DNA from: Takakia lepidozioides
Taxonomy: Eukaryota > Plantae > Bryophyta
Reading direction: 5' to 3'
DNA: 64,000 nt
Assembly: GCA_030704615.1 (NCBI GenBank)
Contig: CM060734.1
Location: forward strand, 56,234,001 to 56,298,000
Shown here one piece after another: positions 24,380 through 38,705 of the stretch. The notes below the pieces were generated by a model, which saw only the letters and a list, made by a program, of their open reading frames with translations, was not told where the DNA came from and did no database searches. The position numbers and the translations under genes were made by a program. Each line of letters begins with the position of its first letter. Within the stretch, counting starts at the first letter, position 1.

Positions 24380-25400
24380 TAGTTGTCCTCCGCATACATA
24401 TCCACCACACCAGAAAGAGAAGAAAGCTCTTTGAACTTACTTGAAGCATCTTGTATTTCCGAGGGTGCAGCATCCTTCATACTCAGGATGGACACGGTTG
24501 CCTTACCAAATGTGTCAGCGTACGTCAGCAGCTCTGCAACTGCCTCTTCCTTGGCCTCTTCCTGTCCACTCAACCATGACACGTACCATGAAAAACTCAC
24601 TTGACATTTCTATCCCACTCTTCTTATTGAGTAAACCAGAAACAATAGACAATCATGTAGCCAAGTGCTATGCGATGAACAGCTGTAGATTCTAACAAGC
24701 GAGGACTGGGATGAAAACAGAGATAAGAATGCGTACGTTGCCAATAGGGTAAGTCTTTTCTTTGTACCAGGTGGGCCTGTCAACAAGGTTGATTTCTAAG
24801 AGTTCAATGTCTTCCAGGAGACCCTACATCCATTGACTTCAACTGTGCCAAACTGACAACCAAAAGTTGGAAGCCCAACTATCCTAAAGAATGGAGAGAT
24901 TAAACCGAAGGCCTGTCTTCAGAGTTTCATTGAATAGAGAACTCGGTCAATAAGCAGTCACTCGTCTTCATTGCAACATCAAGGAGTAAGACAAACCCTG
25001 TAGTTAACGGCGACCCACACTCGCTGTGCATAGGGGCATATGGCGCTGTAATATAGCCTAGTCCCACCCAACAAGAGGTTAGTTCCTCTATCCATCAGGA
25101 TGCCTTCACCCAAATGTAAGTAACAGATGAGAAAGAGACATCTTTTCATGTCACAAGATGGAAGATGGAAATTCTCAAAAATTCAATGTATGTTTACTGT
25201 CTGCCTACAATGGAGTACAAATTTGTCCTTCACCAAATGATTTGCCCTTCCAGCTTGCCTTGAAACAATTACAATCGGTGAAGCTTTATTTAGTACCTGG
25301 TTTTGCCATCAAAAAGTGGTGGACACTCTGATTCGAGTCAAGCACATGAGGACTTTTGTGCAAGATGAAGTCCATCTGGACGTAGGTCCTGCTCCAAACT
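24380..25400 (-). pseudogene. GSTL: Lambda-class glutathione S-transferase (GSTL/In2-1-like) pseudogene
   Basis: Spliced exons LDS..ECPPLFDGKTR| (~25297-25350, frameshifted), LYYSAICPYAQRVWVAVNYR| (~24997-25057), GLLEDIELLEINLVDRPTWYKEKTYPIGN| and EEAKEEAVAELLTYADTF. The VPALEH exon and normal C-terminus were not found. Confidence 0.8.
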
Positions 25401-26577
25401 TGCTTATAGTTTTCTGTAAGAAAGTTCACACGATGTCCCGACTTCTAACCCGTCCACCCCTCTTGTAGAATTTACGATGCCAGTGAACCAAACTGAATTA
25501 TCATCGGAACTACCTGGCTGCCATACTGCACAACAAAGAGGGACCTCTACTTTGAGAAACGATCCTTTCAGCACTTGGGATCTTGCACAGTGGAGAGTTG
25601 TGCTGCCGCCGGATCTGGAAAGATTCAATTACTGGAGACTTGACCAAATTAGCCCTGTCCAGCCCGTTTCAAATGGATCAGACTCATACAACTCGTATTT
25701 TAGGGTCTTCAAAGCCTCCACATCGTACGGTGAAAAGGCGGGAATAAAAAAAATTGAGATAGAAAATGAAGCATCACGAATGGGTGCCTTTGGCGGAATG
25801 AGTCAGGTTTGTGCTGATCTGGGCATTCCAGACTTATTAGGGTAGCTCTCTTCTCTTGTACTGCAGAGAAAAGGTGATGCATCTGTATATGTTTGAAAGC
25901 GAAAGGCAGATGTGGACAACGATTCCATGTTTGGCTATGAACTAATAACTACCTGAGCTTGCATTTGAGGGTTTTGAAGGTGTGAGAGGGTGGGAGGACT
26001 TCGCTCTGCTGGGCTGGCCCCCGCTTAAGAAATTCAACTAGATTATGCACCCTAAAAATGTAACAACGAAAACCCCGTGCACCCTTTCCACGAAAATCAA
26101 GCGGTAGACTAGAATTTCCATTCAATGTAATTGAGGTGTCGTGGAAGCAGCCACGAGCTGTCGTTACGCCCACGCTTTGTGGTTGACTTGGCAGTGAACG
26201 CAGCGCGTACTGATGAGATGCTCGATTTTCTGCTCTCCGTCGGCGAAGATCGAGACATCTACATACAATGAGAAGGAACAACAACGATCTCTTAATTCAC
26301 ATCGTTCGAGGATATACGCAGCAGGGTTTCGCCAAGGTTGAGAGGGGTTGAAGTGAGAGTCAAGGGTGTTTTTGATCACTCGAGCTCTAAGTTGTTTGAG
26401 CCAGACATCTTGTTTGGCTCCAACGTTTCTCGGCGACTGTTCCTGAAAGCTTGAGGTGCTTAACAAATCTTGGGAGACTGGAACAAATCGGTCAAGCATA
26501 AGAAGTATTCATCGCTGTTGGTTGTGTACAAGATCTTGCATAGATTAGAAAACTAGCAACAACCGATATTGCTCAAC

Positions 26578-27276
26578 ATGGACTCGTTCTCTGTAATTTG
26601 CATCTCTCTCCACGACACGGACAAAATCCGCGTCATGAATCTGCCCCGGGACATGGTTGATTCCTTACGCGCCATCATTCAATCCTCCTGGCAGCGAGGA
26701 ATCCAATCCGAGGGGAGCTATGCCATCTCGCACGAGTTCAAGCTTCACGGCAAACCGTGGCTAGGCGAGGGCGAGGAAGCCAACGATTCCCGCCGCCTCA
26801 TTGCGCGCATTCTGGGCTTCATGCTGCAGCGGGGATGGGCTCTCACCATCGCAACAGATATCAGCAAAAAGAGATATGGTCTGGACACAATGTATTTCAA
26901 GCGCCAGATTCCGGAGCCCAACGTGCTCACATCCGCAATCTCCTTCAACAAGACAGACTTGATCCGGGTGATAGATGGTACGGTTGAATTGGCTGAGGTG
27001 GTACGATCCGCTATTCAAAATTGTTGGCACCGAGGATTGCAGGATGCGCGAACATACTATGGGGTGCCAGAGTTCAAGATGCATGGCAGTCCGTGGCTGA
27101 CCTCGGGGACTGACACGATGCACACAAGGATGTTTGTAGCTCACTTGCTTGGCGCGCTAGATGGCGCAGGGTGGCAGGTTTACACCTCGATTGATATCAG
27201 TCACGGCAAAGGTGGCGGTGAGGAGAATTCTTCGGTACGTAGTATGGACAGTTGGGTGCTGAGAAGGAAAGCGTAA
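26578..27276 (+). CDS. Intact intronless protein of two tandem ~110-aa repeats, function unknown
   Basis: Repeat consensus IS..xDxIRV....V..IR..IQ..W.RG.Q....Y....EFK.HG.PW...G......R...A..LG.....GW......DIS occurs twice. Open frame with ATG at 26578. Confidence 0.85.
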   Translation: MDSFSVICISLHDTDKIRVMNLPRDMVDSLRAIIQSSWQRGIQSEGSYAISHEFKLHGKPWLGEGEEANDSRRLIARILGFMLQRGWALTIATDISKKRYGLDTMYFKRQIPEPNVLTSAISFNKTDLIRVIDGTVELAEVVRSAIQNCWHRGLQDARTYYGVPEFKMHGSPWLTSGTDTMHTRMFVAHLLGALDGAGWQVYTSIDISHGKGGGEENSSVRSMDSWVLRRKA

Positions 27277-30220
27277 ACCGTGCTCATTCCAAGGCAGTTT
27301 ATCAGGCAGCTTGACAGGGGTGTGACCTTGTGTGGCTGTGCCTCTGAAAGCTGAAAAACATTCCCTCAACTCTGGCTGTGCAAATATCAACAATGACATG
27401 TATCGTCGCAGTGGATGCCAGGCAGCTGTCTACAAGTGATTCATTGTATCACGAATTCCTGGAGTGCAAGCCAACGTGTTCACCATTCTCAGTGCTCTAC
27501 TCAAATAGAAGCTTCAGAGTAGTGTGCAGCGTGCTGCACTGCGATACATTAACGCCCATATATATATTGGTGAAGTATTCATTTCTTGGAAGTCAGCCTG
27601 TGTCCCAGATCTATATTTCTGCTCTTCGTTGTCCAAGCCGGTCATTGAACATTAGCAGCGGACCACGGAATTGCGAGAAGATCATGATTTGTAAGGTTTG
27701 TAAGGTTTTCTCCTTCGTGCAGCTCTCACCAAAACCTCTTGTGGACACGCGCCTTGTGTTAATCAAGAGCTCTACAGTACATGAGCGACTTATGTGCTGA
27801 TGTTGAATGTGTAGATGTCTGGGTGTTGTTGGTACTGTTGGTACAGTGGCAAGATGACTGCTCTCCTGCTTGAAATTTCTACTTTGCTGCTATGGCTGCT
27901 TGGCCGGAGACACACCGAGAATGAAATTGCTAGGGTATGCAATGAAAACTTGAGGATTCATGAATGAACCTCCACTGAAGACTGATTATTAGTGACCTAA
28001 GGTAGTGGCATCTAGAAGTGTGCACGACCTTATTATGTCCCCTATTTTTTATGAATAAAGTCACCCTTTTCATCCTAGTACTGTGCACTTTTGTAAAGGA
28101 GGCGATTCAAGGTTAATTATTGCTTTGGATTAGGTAAGATGTGAGGTGTTTTGGAGTACAAGGGGCTTATTTAATGGTGCATTAGTGAAGCTAATTACAT
28201 AGCAGCCTATTGATTCTTATTTCAAATTCCTAATTTGTTTTTGAAAGTGGAGGCCAGAGTGTTTTGGGACAATGGCCAATTAATACAGCAGCCAAGCATT
28301 GATGCAAATGGGATGCATGGTGCACCTTATATAGTGTTACAATGCACACATTTTTATCATGCTTCCGTTGCCAAGGATGGCGGAAGAATGGGAAATGAGG
28401 GAGTTGTGGAGTCTTCTAGCTCCACGCGGTCGGCTAGTTTAGGGTTCTCAGATGGCCATATATGAGGAGTTGTAGGTCAACTCAGGGCATACTTAAGGGT
28501 CCTACTTGGAGTTGTATATGGTCAGATTTTGCACAGGTCGTCATCCCTCCAAAGGAAAGTTATGGGCCCTTCCATAAGTAGATGTGCCCAATCCCGCGTA
28601 GGGCGACCGTTACTTTTGGGCCCGCACATGGCCTAGTTTTGTTAATTTTTGGGACAGTTGTAGGTGCACATCTTGTGCACTCAGGGCAACTTAATATAAT
28701 ACATCCATGATTGGAAAATTATGTGCTTTGCACAAATGATTGTTGCTTCATTTGCTATTCTGCTCATATAATTTTTGTGACACTACACCCTATGAGGAGT
28801 TGCACACCGCTTAAAAGCACACTTCAAGATACCACTACCTTACATATGACTCGCCACAGTAGGCGGTCAACCCAGTCCTTTCCACCCCCAATTCTAAGAA
28901 GCTGGTATTCTAAAAATCATAGTTCCCAACTTTGGAAAGTAAAACGGATGCTTTTTCTTGGAGCATATCTAACATGTTAGATCCTTCAAGAATGCTTCAG
29001 ACTGCATTTTAATTTGGATCAGATCTGCAAAAGTTGTACCCAAAACTCTTGAACTGCGCGACCCCAAACGGGACGGTTAGGCACTGAAGGGTTACACTCA
29101 ATTTATTTCATATGATGAAGTACTTGGAAAAAGTTCATCATATGAACTTAGATAGTAAAAATTTCAACTGGCTTACCTTTGAGGTTTTTGTGACAGCATG
29201 CACTATTTTAAAGTTGAGATTCTTCTTTTAACGACGCGTTTACTATTTTAAAGTTGAGCTTTTTACTCATCACTCACCACCGATCAATTTCTATTGTTGA
29301 GATCCTTCCTTGTAACCAACAGTCTCAAATCTCGTAAAGGTTAGCCATGAAGCTTTAATAGGTAATTGTTTTCACCGACTTGGTATTGTTGCAACAAAAC
29401 AAGAACGGCCAATGAGCTGGGATCCATGATCTCTCCATGAGTATGTAATAAATCAATCACTTTCTCAATGATATAACAATAAAATTGGTCTTAAATCAAC
29501 ACTTCAAAATAATGAAAATGTATAATTTCATCAATCTAAAACAACTTCATATGTTCTTATTTTACTTTTCATCATGCCACGAACAATATCCTTGATGAAG
29601 AAATCAGTGATTTTGCCAAAGTCTTTGTGATTGATGAGGCCTCTCACAAGCTACTTGAAAACATGGGACTCTGTTCCTACAACAAAAAAAGAATTGACAT
29701 TTGCGATTGATTTAGGGTATGTTTCATTGGATTCCGTGTATAGATCATCATGATTACATGTACTGTGATATATACAATAACCAAATATCATAAGTACAAC
29801 TCCTCCAAAAGAAAAGGAAAACTCCAAAAAATGATCTTTTCAACTGATTTTTACGCTTGTATGGATATTCAAACTTATTTTCTCATTGACCTTGTTTTGT
29901 CGCAAAGCAAGTGATCGCTATAAAAAAAACAACTAAATTTGCAAAAAGTTGCATGCATTCTAGAAGAGTTGTGGTTATAGCATCATGTTAAAGCATCTAT
30001 TCATTGTCTATGAGCGTGCCAATTCAGTTTCTCATGATATGACGCACATGGATTCAACAACAATGGGTTTCTGAAGGTTGATATTAACAACTTCATCACT
30101 ACACGTGTCATTTTGAAGGCATATACACAAATATATTCATCCATTAGATGAGTTCATTCATCAATGATCAAAGTATAAAAGGTTAAAAAAATTCAAAAAA
30201 TTGCTTATATGATTGCCCAT

Positions 30221-30680
30221 TAGGGTAGCCGTGGAGAGAAGGTTGAGACCAGCGTTGGTCTGGTATCAGGTTTTTTACATACCAGACTGGTCGTGGTACC
30301 AGCCCAATCACAAAACTTTTATACCAGTCTGGTCTATATAATGGTGGATTTATATTTTTCCAGATACTCGAATGAGTATCATGACCACAACACCAGTTGA
30401 TATGGGATATCAATTTTGGTATCATTCAAAAGCCATTTGACTTACAAGTTTATCAAATATTATGTGAAAACAAATACAATGAACATAAAGTAAATATAAT
30501 ACACATAAACTAGTATAATACACATACCAGAGTAAATGAGGAAGACGGCCGGGGTACTGGTATTGTGGCTGGTATCAGAATATAGATACCAGCCTGGTTT
30601 GATAATGATTGTAGAACGGTCTGGTCCATGATACCAGGGTTGATACCAGCATTGATACTTGGGTCTGATACCCATAACAG
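30221..30680. mobile_element. Putative non-autonomous DNA transposon end (hAT-like)
   Basis: TAGGG start followed by many ataccag/ctggtat subterminal motifs in both orientations. Partner TIR and TSD not identified. Confidence 0.35.
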
Positions 30681-30969
30681 GCTGGGACTTAGCCTTTTGG
30701 GGGTTTTTTTTTTCTCTTTTTTCTTTCTCCTACACCACACCATCTGTTTTCATAGTGTCGAGGGCGTGTAGCCGACAACCAGCATATAGCCCGGTGGTAA
30801 TGGGCACATACCATCACGTTGGATGTGGTTGTGGGTTCAAACCACGGTCTGGTGTGTCATGAAGGTGTCCACCTTTCAGCTGGAAGGCAGTAGCCCTTGT
30901 GTTGAAGTGATACCATAAGATACGCTTCCTTGAGGAGGCGTCATACTTTGCTTTACTTTACTTTTGCAA

Positions 30970-31460
30970 GGGCGTGGGATTGAGGCCGTGGAGACCTGTT
31001 CTTGAGCGAGTGACGCAGGGATGGGGCGAATCTCAACCTGCACATCACATTTGGTCGTATTTGCGCAGCGTGTGCAAGCCTGGTAGCCCTGGGAAAGGGC
31101 AAAGAGGTCCATGGGAACATTGTGAAAGCTGGGATTGCGCTAAATATCATTCTGGAAACTGCCTCATCAATAGGTATGCTAATGCTGGAGCCTTGAGGAT
31201 GCAAAGAAAGTGTTTGACAAGATGGCTGAACGTGATGTGGTCTCCTGGAGTGCGATGATTGCAGGATATGCGCAACATGGTCGCGGGTTGGATTCATGGA
31301 CACTACTCTACTAGACATGTATGCCAAGTGTGGGAGCATCAAGGACGCAAAGGCAGCGTTCAACATTATGGCTGAGCGAAATTTAGTCTCTTGGAATGTG
31401 ATGATTGCAGGGTTTACCCAGCATGGATGTGGGATGGAGGCACTGGAGACTGTACGATGT
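30970..31460 (+). pseudogene. PLS-class pentatricopeptide repeat gene fragment
   Basis: [42 protein letters not shown] and [33 protein letters not shown], broken by frameshifts and a deletion. Confidence 0.9.
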
Positions 31461-31694
31461 GAAGAAATTTGTCCATCCTGCAAATGTGGGCTCTTGGCTC
31501 CTGTTAGTACCATGATTTAGTATTCTTCCTGATGTTTACAAGGGAGAGTCAGCTTGGTCTTAGCAGGCGTTTCAATCTCTGCCCGCTGTGGTGGTTCTCA
31601 CAGACTAATCCGACATTACCTGACTGCAGACACAAACAGCACACACAAGAGGTCCTTTTGGGTTGATTAGATCCTCCATGGGTCATGACACAAG

Positions 31695-34600
31695 GTCAAG
31701 GACAATGTGGTGAGGGCACCTTCTTCTTCAACCTATTTCAGTCTGTTTTGCCCTCTCGTCATTAGGGTTGGTATGTTTGCTGGAAGAACTTCATGCCGTC
31801 AGTCTCAGCTGTTAGCAGCAATGCTGAGGATGTATTCATGATTTCTACATAGGCAGGATAGCTGAAGGACCAGGGATAGAGGTCCAGATTCATCCAAGAG
31901 GGCCGGATTTTAAACACAAGATTACTTCTGACTCCCTGTGGATCAATAGCTACAAGAAATTGATCATCAATACAAGACTATACTATGGACATTTTCACTG
32001 CAGGGAAAAACGTGGGAATCATGACAGACTTAGGCTTGTACTTCCAATGGCCCTGCTGCAAGCCCTTGTAATGAGGACACCAATGAGGACACCAGGGAAG
32101 CCCTGTGAGAATGGTCCAATGTAGACACATGGAAAGGGGCAAATCCTGCATCAACCGGAAGAAGCCCTGATTTTAAGTGGGTGGTTTAATGTGGGTAACT
32201 GCTTCTGTTTACTTGCTACTAGCTCCCACTGGTGTCAAATTGGGGTGGATGCAGGTCACAGATCTTGAAATACTTTCAGATGGTGTGATCAGCTGCGTTG
32301 CTTTGTTCACTTCTTGCTGTATCTGTCTAGCATCTTGGGGAACAACCGTCCATGGACTGCCACAAGGCGGGACTGATTGTTGTGGCATTTTGTCTGATGT
32401 GATTTGTGCTGTGGAGAGCCAACTATGGGCAAAACTCGTCCAGAGACCCTACTTCGGCAGCTCACAACAAAGAAAGGACAGGTAGGCAGGTTTGTCCGTG
32501 TAAATTGTGGCCGTGGAAGATGCTGAATTGCAGGGTTACGTTTTCAGTGCAGATATTGTATGCAACATGTGTGCATACTGTTTGCTTTACTTTCAAGTGT
32601 TCTTGTGTGGTGGATGTAGGTCTACAGTTTGCAACAGGGAAGGCAGGATGTGGAGACGGTGTTTACAATGGGCATAATGGAAGATGTAAACCTTGTGCCA
32701 CAGCCTGCTGGTAGTATGCACTTAGGCCTTGGCTGGTTTATATCAATGCATTTGAGTGGAAGGATGAGGATGATGTGGTTTTGGTGTATCTCACAGCCCT
32801 GTTGTTGGTATGTTTCTTAAATTGGAGGTCATGGTCATGGTTCATCTTGTCAGTCTCTTGTTTCTCAGAAAAGAAACATGCCAATTCTTTCCAACCACAA
32901 AGAGCGGGGAGGGGACTGCCCAGCCTTTCAACCTGACACGGTTTGTCATGGCCTTGCACTTCAAGAAGAGGTTCATTTTGGTCACCACAGCAAACAAAGT
33001 GACTAAGTAGGTAGGTTTGGTGTGGGGAGCTCTCTTTGAAGATTTGGTGGTTGGTGGGTGCAGAATCTCGAAGTCCAGGAACAATAGTGCATGGCATCGG
33101 TAGAGAGACGGGCATCAGGTCCACTGCATGGCGGGTTCATCAGCCCTGAAAATGTAACCACAGAGCAAACAGAGGGCACACAGCAGGTAGTGTCTGGGAG
33201 ATGTCTCTCCGACGTCCGAAATCCAATCACTTTTCGATGCGGACAACATTGAACAAGAGAAAATGCAGGCAGAACAAACCAAATGTTGATTTCAACAATA
33301 CTCCAGCCATTGATGTGTATGAATCATGCTTGGCCGGAATCCTGGAGCATGCCACCCAAGTTGGGTTTGAATGCGCCAATGACATGACAGGCTAGAGAGT
33401 AGTTGCATGGGTGAACATCGTCGGTAGATGGTCAACTGGAAATAGCAGCGGCAGCAGCATAATTGATAGAACAAGGCACTGCTAATGAAGGCACCTTCTT
33501 CAACACATTTCAGCCTGTTTTCCCCTGTTATCAGAGTCGGCCCTAAATTTTCATGTTGAATTCTGCAAGTTAGTTCGTTGGTGGATGTATGGTGGTTTTG
33601 GAGTGATTTTGACATGTTACTGCCAATGTGGCAACAGAATATCGAAAAACAGATAACAGAGACAAGGAAAAGCTCTGGAATGAACACGTTTCCCGCAGTC
33701 AATGGTGGAACAATCGAGGACAATGTGGTGAGGGCACCTTCTTCTTCAACCTATTTCAGCCTGTTTTGCCCTCTCATCAGACTCGTCCCTGAATTTGCAT
33801 GTTGAATTCTGTAATTTAGCTCGTTGGGTGGATTGTGGTGGTTTGGAGTGACTTTGACAAGTTACTGCCAGTGTGGCAGCAGGAAAGTATCCAAAAACAT
33901 ATAACAGAGATGAGGAGAAGCTTTGGAATGAGCACTTTCCCAACCCCAGTCAATGGTGGGACAATGGAGACAAAAAGTGAATGCCTGTTGGATTACAGAG
34001 AGAAGAGATGAATGGAACTAGTGTGATAAGTAGTGTTGGGGTGTTTTCTGGAAGAACTCCACACCGTCGGTGTCAGCTGCTAGCAGCAAGGCAAGGATGT
34101 ATGCATGATTTGTACACATGCAGGGATAGCTGAAGGACCAGGGATAGAGTGTGGGTCCAGATTCATCCAAGAGGGCCGGATTTCAAACACAAGATTACTT
34201 CTGATTCCCTGTGGATCAATAGCTACAAGAAACCTGTATGGGTAGATGGTCAACTGGAAACAGCAGCGGCAGCAGCACAATGGATAGAACCAGGCTACGG
34301 TAACAAAGGCACCTTCTTCAACACATTTCAGCCTGTTTTCCCTATTATCAGAGTCGTCCCTAAATTCATATTGAATTCTGCAAGTCAGCTCGTTGGTGGA
34401 TCTATGGTGGTTTTGGAGTGATTTTGACATGTTACTGCCAATGTGGCAACAGGAAAGTATCGAAAAACAGATAACAGAGACGAGGAGAGGCTCTGGAATG
34501 AATACGTTTCCGACCCCAGTCAATGGTGGAACAATCAAGGCAAAAAGGTGAATGCCTGTTGGAAGCAGACTTAAGCCAGCATAGGAACTAGTGTGATAAG

Positions 34601-35226
34601 TAGGGTTGGGGTGTTTGCTGGAGCAATTCTAGGCTGTCATTGTCAGCTGCTAGCAGCAAGGCAAGGATGTATGCATGATTTTTGCAGAGGCATGGATAGC
34701 TGAAGGAGCAGGGATAGAGTGTGGGTCCAGATTCATCCCTGGGTAGATGGTCAACTGGAAGCTGCAGCAGCAGCGGCACAGGCACTGCTAATGATTCAAC
34801 ACATTTCACCCTGTTTTTCCCTCTTATCAGAATCGGCCCTAAATTTTCATGTTGAATTCTGCAAGTTAGCTGGTTGAGAGAGCCTTTGATAGTTTGGAGT
34901 GACTTTGACGTGATACTGCCAATGTGACAACAGGAAAGTATCCAGAAACAGGTAACAGAGATGAGGAGAAGCAATGGAATGAATACTTTTCTGACCCCAG
35001 TCAATGGTGGGACAATCGAGGCAAGAAGGTGAATGCCTGTTGGATTATAGAGAGTAGCGGATGCAATTGAGCATAGGAACTAGTGTGATGAGTTGAGTTG
35101 GGTGTTTCCTAGAATAAATCTAGGCTGTCATCGTCAGCTGCCGGCAGCAAGGCAAGGATGTATGCACGATTTGTGCAGAGGCATGGATAGTTGAAGGAGC
35201 AGGGATAGAGTGTGGGTCCAGATTCA
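31695..35226. repeat. Complex tandem array of ~0.5-0.6-kb diverged units
   Basis: cagctgctagcagcaaggcaaggatgtatgcatgatt-like anchor near 31805, 34074, 34644 and 35134. The blocks gatggtcaactggaa and cagtcaatggtgg recur. 31700-31760 matches 33718-33778. Confidence 0.85.
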
Positions 35227-38200
35227 ACTCTGTCTCATTCACGAGATTGGTAGAAAATATAACTGCCATGGATCTGACCTTGACACCAAGTGGCCGAGGG
35301 ATGCGTTTCTGTGGTATTAACTCCATTTACACTTTGGTATTTGTATCAGTAGTAGTACCCCCCATTGACAGGAGGAAGAGACAGATATGGTGATGTACCA
35401 AGAGGGCTTGGGTTGAAGTATCCTCCAGGCTGTAAACCTCACACAGAGCTTGGATGAAAAGAAAAGGGAGGACATTCCTTTTGTGGAATTACAGGTTATC
35501 TTGGTGTGTATTCAATTTTCATCTAGGTTGAGAGCTGCAGGCTATGTCCTTAATCCAGACCTGGCTAAAGGTGCTAGCATTGGGCTCTTCATGCTTTTTT
35601 TCTCAAAAGAGGCACTCAATGAGTACTTTGACAGTGGTCCCAAGACACAAGTTGCAGTGGACCTGATGCTTCCCTACTTGACGGTATGCCTCCTACTTGG
35701 TTTGTTTTGGCTTGGTCATCAACAGCTCTCTGGATTGCTTATATTCTATGTTTACCCTGCAGCAGAACCGCATAAACCCCCCACCTCTCTGGGTGGTCTC
35801 TTTCACCCTTTTGTATGCCACAAGCAAATGTCTCCAGGAAGGGGACACTATAACCTCTCACATGCCCAGTGAAAACATAAACCTCTACTTTGAAGCTCTG
35901 TATAGAGCGGAATTTCAAGTTCTTATACATGTCGAGTCTGTCAAGAAGTTTGTGTTGCACTGCCGTATCCTGAAGGGCACAAATGTTTCCTCCTGCCCCC
36001 TCCCACCCTTTCTCTGCATTAGAAATTTAGGCCTGACATTTGAAGATCCGCATTGATGATCTAGAGATGAGACAGAACTTTGTCTTGAGTCTCATTTTAT
36101 TGTGTTCACTGCTGTGCAGGGCAAGATCACCCTGGATTTTGAGGCAGAAGTGACTGATGACAGAGACTCTGTTTCTCGGGAAGGAGAGGTGGGGCCTCCA
36201 TCTTTCCAAAGACTTTTGAATCCGGCCAGACTTGCTCTAACTTGAAAGGCACCTTGCAGTCTAGGAGAAGAGTATGAGAAAATCGGAACGTAATGCTGGT
36301 TGAGGTTCTTGCCTGTGGACTTTGCAGGATCCACCTAGCTGTGGGTAAGGGCTTGGCCTACTGAGATTGGTTATGGGGGCTTTTGAGTATCCATGGGAAG
36401 CTTCAAGCCACAACAAATGCCAGGATTCTATTAATGAGTGGCTATCAAGAAGTTTCCTTGTCTCCTACTTGAGGTAATAGGAGTTAACTGTCAAGGCTCA
36501 GACATTGTAAGATACAGTGGTTCTGGCGTGCATCATGCATCTTCATCTCCCATCTTAAGCTAGCAGTGGCCTTCCTATGCCAGGCTTTTGAGAATGGCGT
36601 GGAGCGCATAGTGGCTATAAAGGTGAAGGAGGGGACCAGCCAGGATGCGTTGACGAAATGGTGAAGGCTTTGAATGATTTGAATGAAGTTCCTGAGTTGA
36701 GCTCCCTGCTGGTTCAATTAGCTGCTGGTAGGTTCTGAAGACCTGACATTGTTTTACTTGGCTTCCACTATTTCGTCTATTGATGTTAAGGTCCATGTTA
36801 AGGTCCATGGTCCATGGTTTCGAGCTAACTTCCTGTTAAGCGTTTCACAATAGATGGGAGTGTACTCTGCACGACATGGTACAGCATCTAGACACTCCGA
36901 TGACAATGCTCTTGAAAAATGTCTCGCTATTCCATCAACTAGAACACAAATTTTGATTGAGAGGCAGTTAATGACCATTCTCTTCATAACTAGAAGTTTC
37001 ACCATAGTTGCCTTGACCATGAAGTCTCATCATTGAGCATGTGTTAATTAGAGGGGTGCCGCATCCCTTAAAAGGATAATACCAAGTTTTGAAAAGAGGG
37101 GATCCCAAGGAGAAGAAGACAGGAATTCATTACGTGTATCCAATATTCCCAAATATTTTTCAGAGATGGAGTCCCTCATGCAGGCTAGCTGATAAGCACT
37201 TTGGGTCCTCCTAGCTGAAGACTGCTGCTACCTCACATATCGAAGTATAACCAGTGTGCAAGAGTGGAATTTTGATGTCATTGATTGTTGGAGTCCTTTG
37301 GATAGTAATTTGTTTGGAATCTACGTAAATTGATGATCTCTCCAGGGGCAAATTTCTGTACGAGGGGAGAACGATACACTGTCGGTCTTGTCGCACGCTG
37401 CCCTTCCGGTTGGTTGAAAACACGCCCACTTCTTGGTCTCGCATGACAATTGAGGTTATCCATGTTTCATCAAGGCAAACTGACACCTCTCTCTCCCCAG
37501 TGTCATGAAGTTTCCCTGATTTTGTGCCTCTTTCCCATAATATTTTGACGGGAGTTGTTGGGTGGTTGTTGCAGTGGAGGATTTGGCGGTGTACTCCAAA
37601 CACCTTCTCATTTTGATGTAAGCTCTCTCAGGGTGTGGCTGTCTCTCTCTTTGTGTAGAGCTGTATGGTCTGTAAATCTCTGCATGTTAAACTTCATTTT
37701 CTTTCATTTCCTTTCTCTGCAGTTAGATTTACTTACATCCAAGAGCAAGGTCTTAGCACCGGATTCTCCCATTGGATCTTATATGAGCTAGTGCAAATGC
37801 AAGAAAACTATGGAAAAGGTCACTAACGTTTGCACATGTATCACCTGGACTGCAGGTTCTATCCAAAAAAGTGTGGCCAATTACTGAGGCCACTCTGACT
37901 GCAGACTACGTCCTCGGTCAGACTGGGGGACGGACGTCTTTGCTGAAGAGCCCCGTCTAATAGAGTTTCCACGTTTATGTACAATATAGAGTATGGACTC
38001 TTGATTTTCCCTCCAGACTCCCTGGTTGCTACAGTGGAGACCTCAACCGGCAACAATGACTCAAGTTTTCTCAATAATCTCAGAAAGGGCTTGCCTAGAA
38101 TTAACGTTGGCTCTCTTAGCGGATTATGATCTTGTTGCCTCTCCACCTCCCCTGGTTTAGTCTTCTGCTGGAAGGCTCTGGATTTCTGATGATGTTCTGT

Positions 38201-38705
38201 GAACTTCGGAATCATTGTCCCTTGGTCGCATCAGTCTAGTTGGATTGATTGGACCTTGTTCAGTATCAAGTTCAACTTATCACTATCTCACGGTGTGTGT
38301 ATGCCTTATGGCTTCCTGTTTATTTTCCCTTGGTAATAATCTTACTGAACAGGCCTCTGGCCAGCTGTCTCCAAAAAGAAATGAGACATGAGGTTCTAAG
38401 CTCATCACATCCAGATGTAATAGCTCGAACATTCACTGTTGTTCGATCAAGTGTTCCAACCGCATCCCAAATGACCATCTTTTTGTGAGACTTAGCTGTA
38501 TCCAACTGTAAAGATTCAATAATTTGAAACATTTCGCTGCAATTGCCAAGACATGTAACATCTGGCTCTGCCATGTTGAGGTGGGGATTATGATGAAGCC
38601 AAGTAGTAAGGTCACTCAATTCCATGCCTGCATGTTGGAGGTAACAGTGCATGGTTCACCCAACCAGGATTAGAGTCCTTGACTGTCAAACAAGATGCGT
38701 AGGTA

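Noticed and set aside
29063-29095. piggyBac-like terminus (cactgaagggtta)
   Set aside because: No TTAA site, partner TIR or transposase found.
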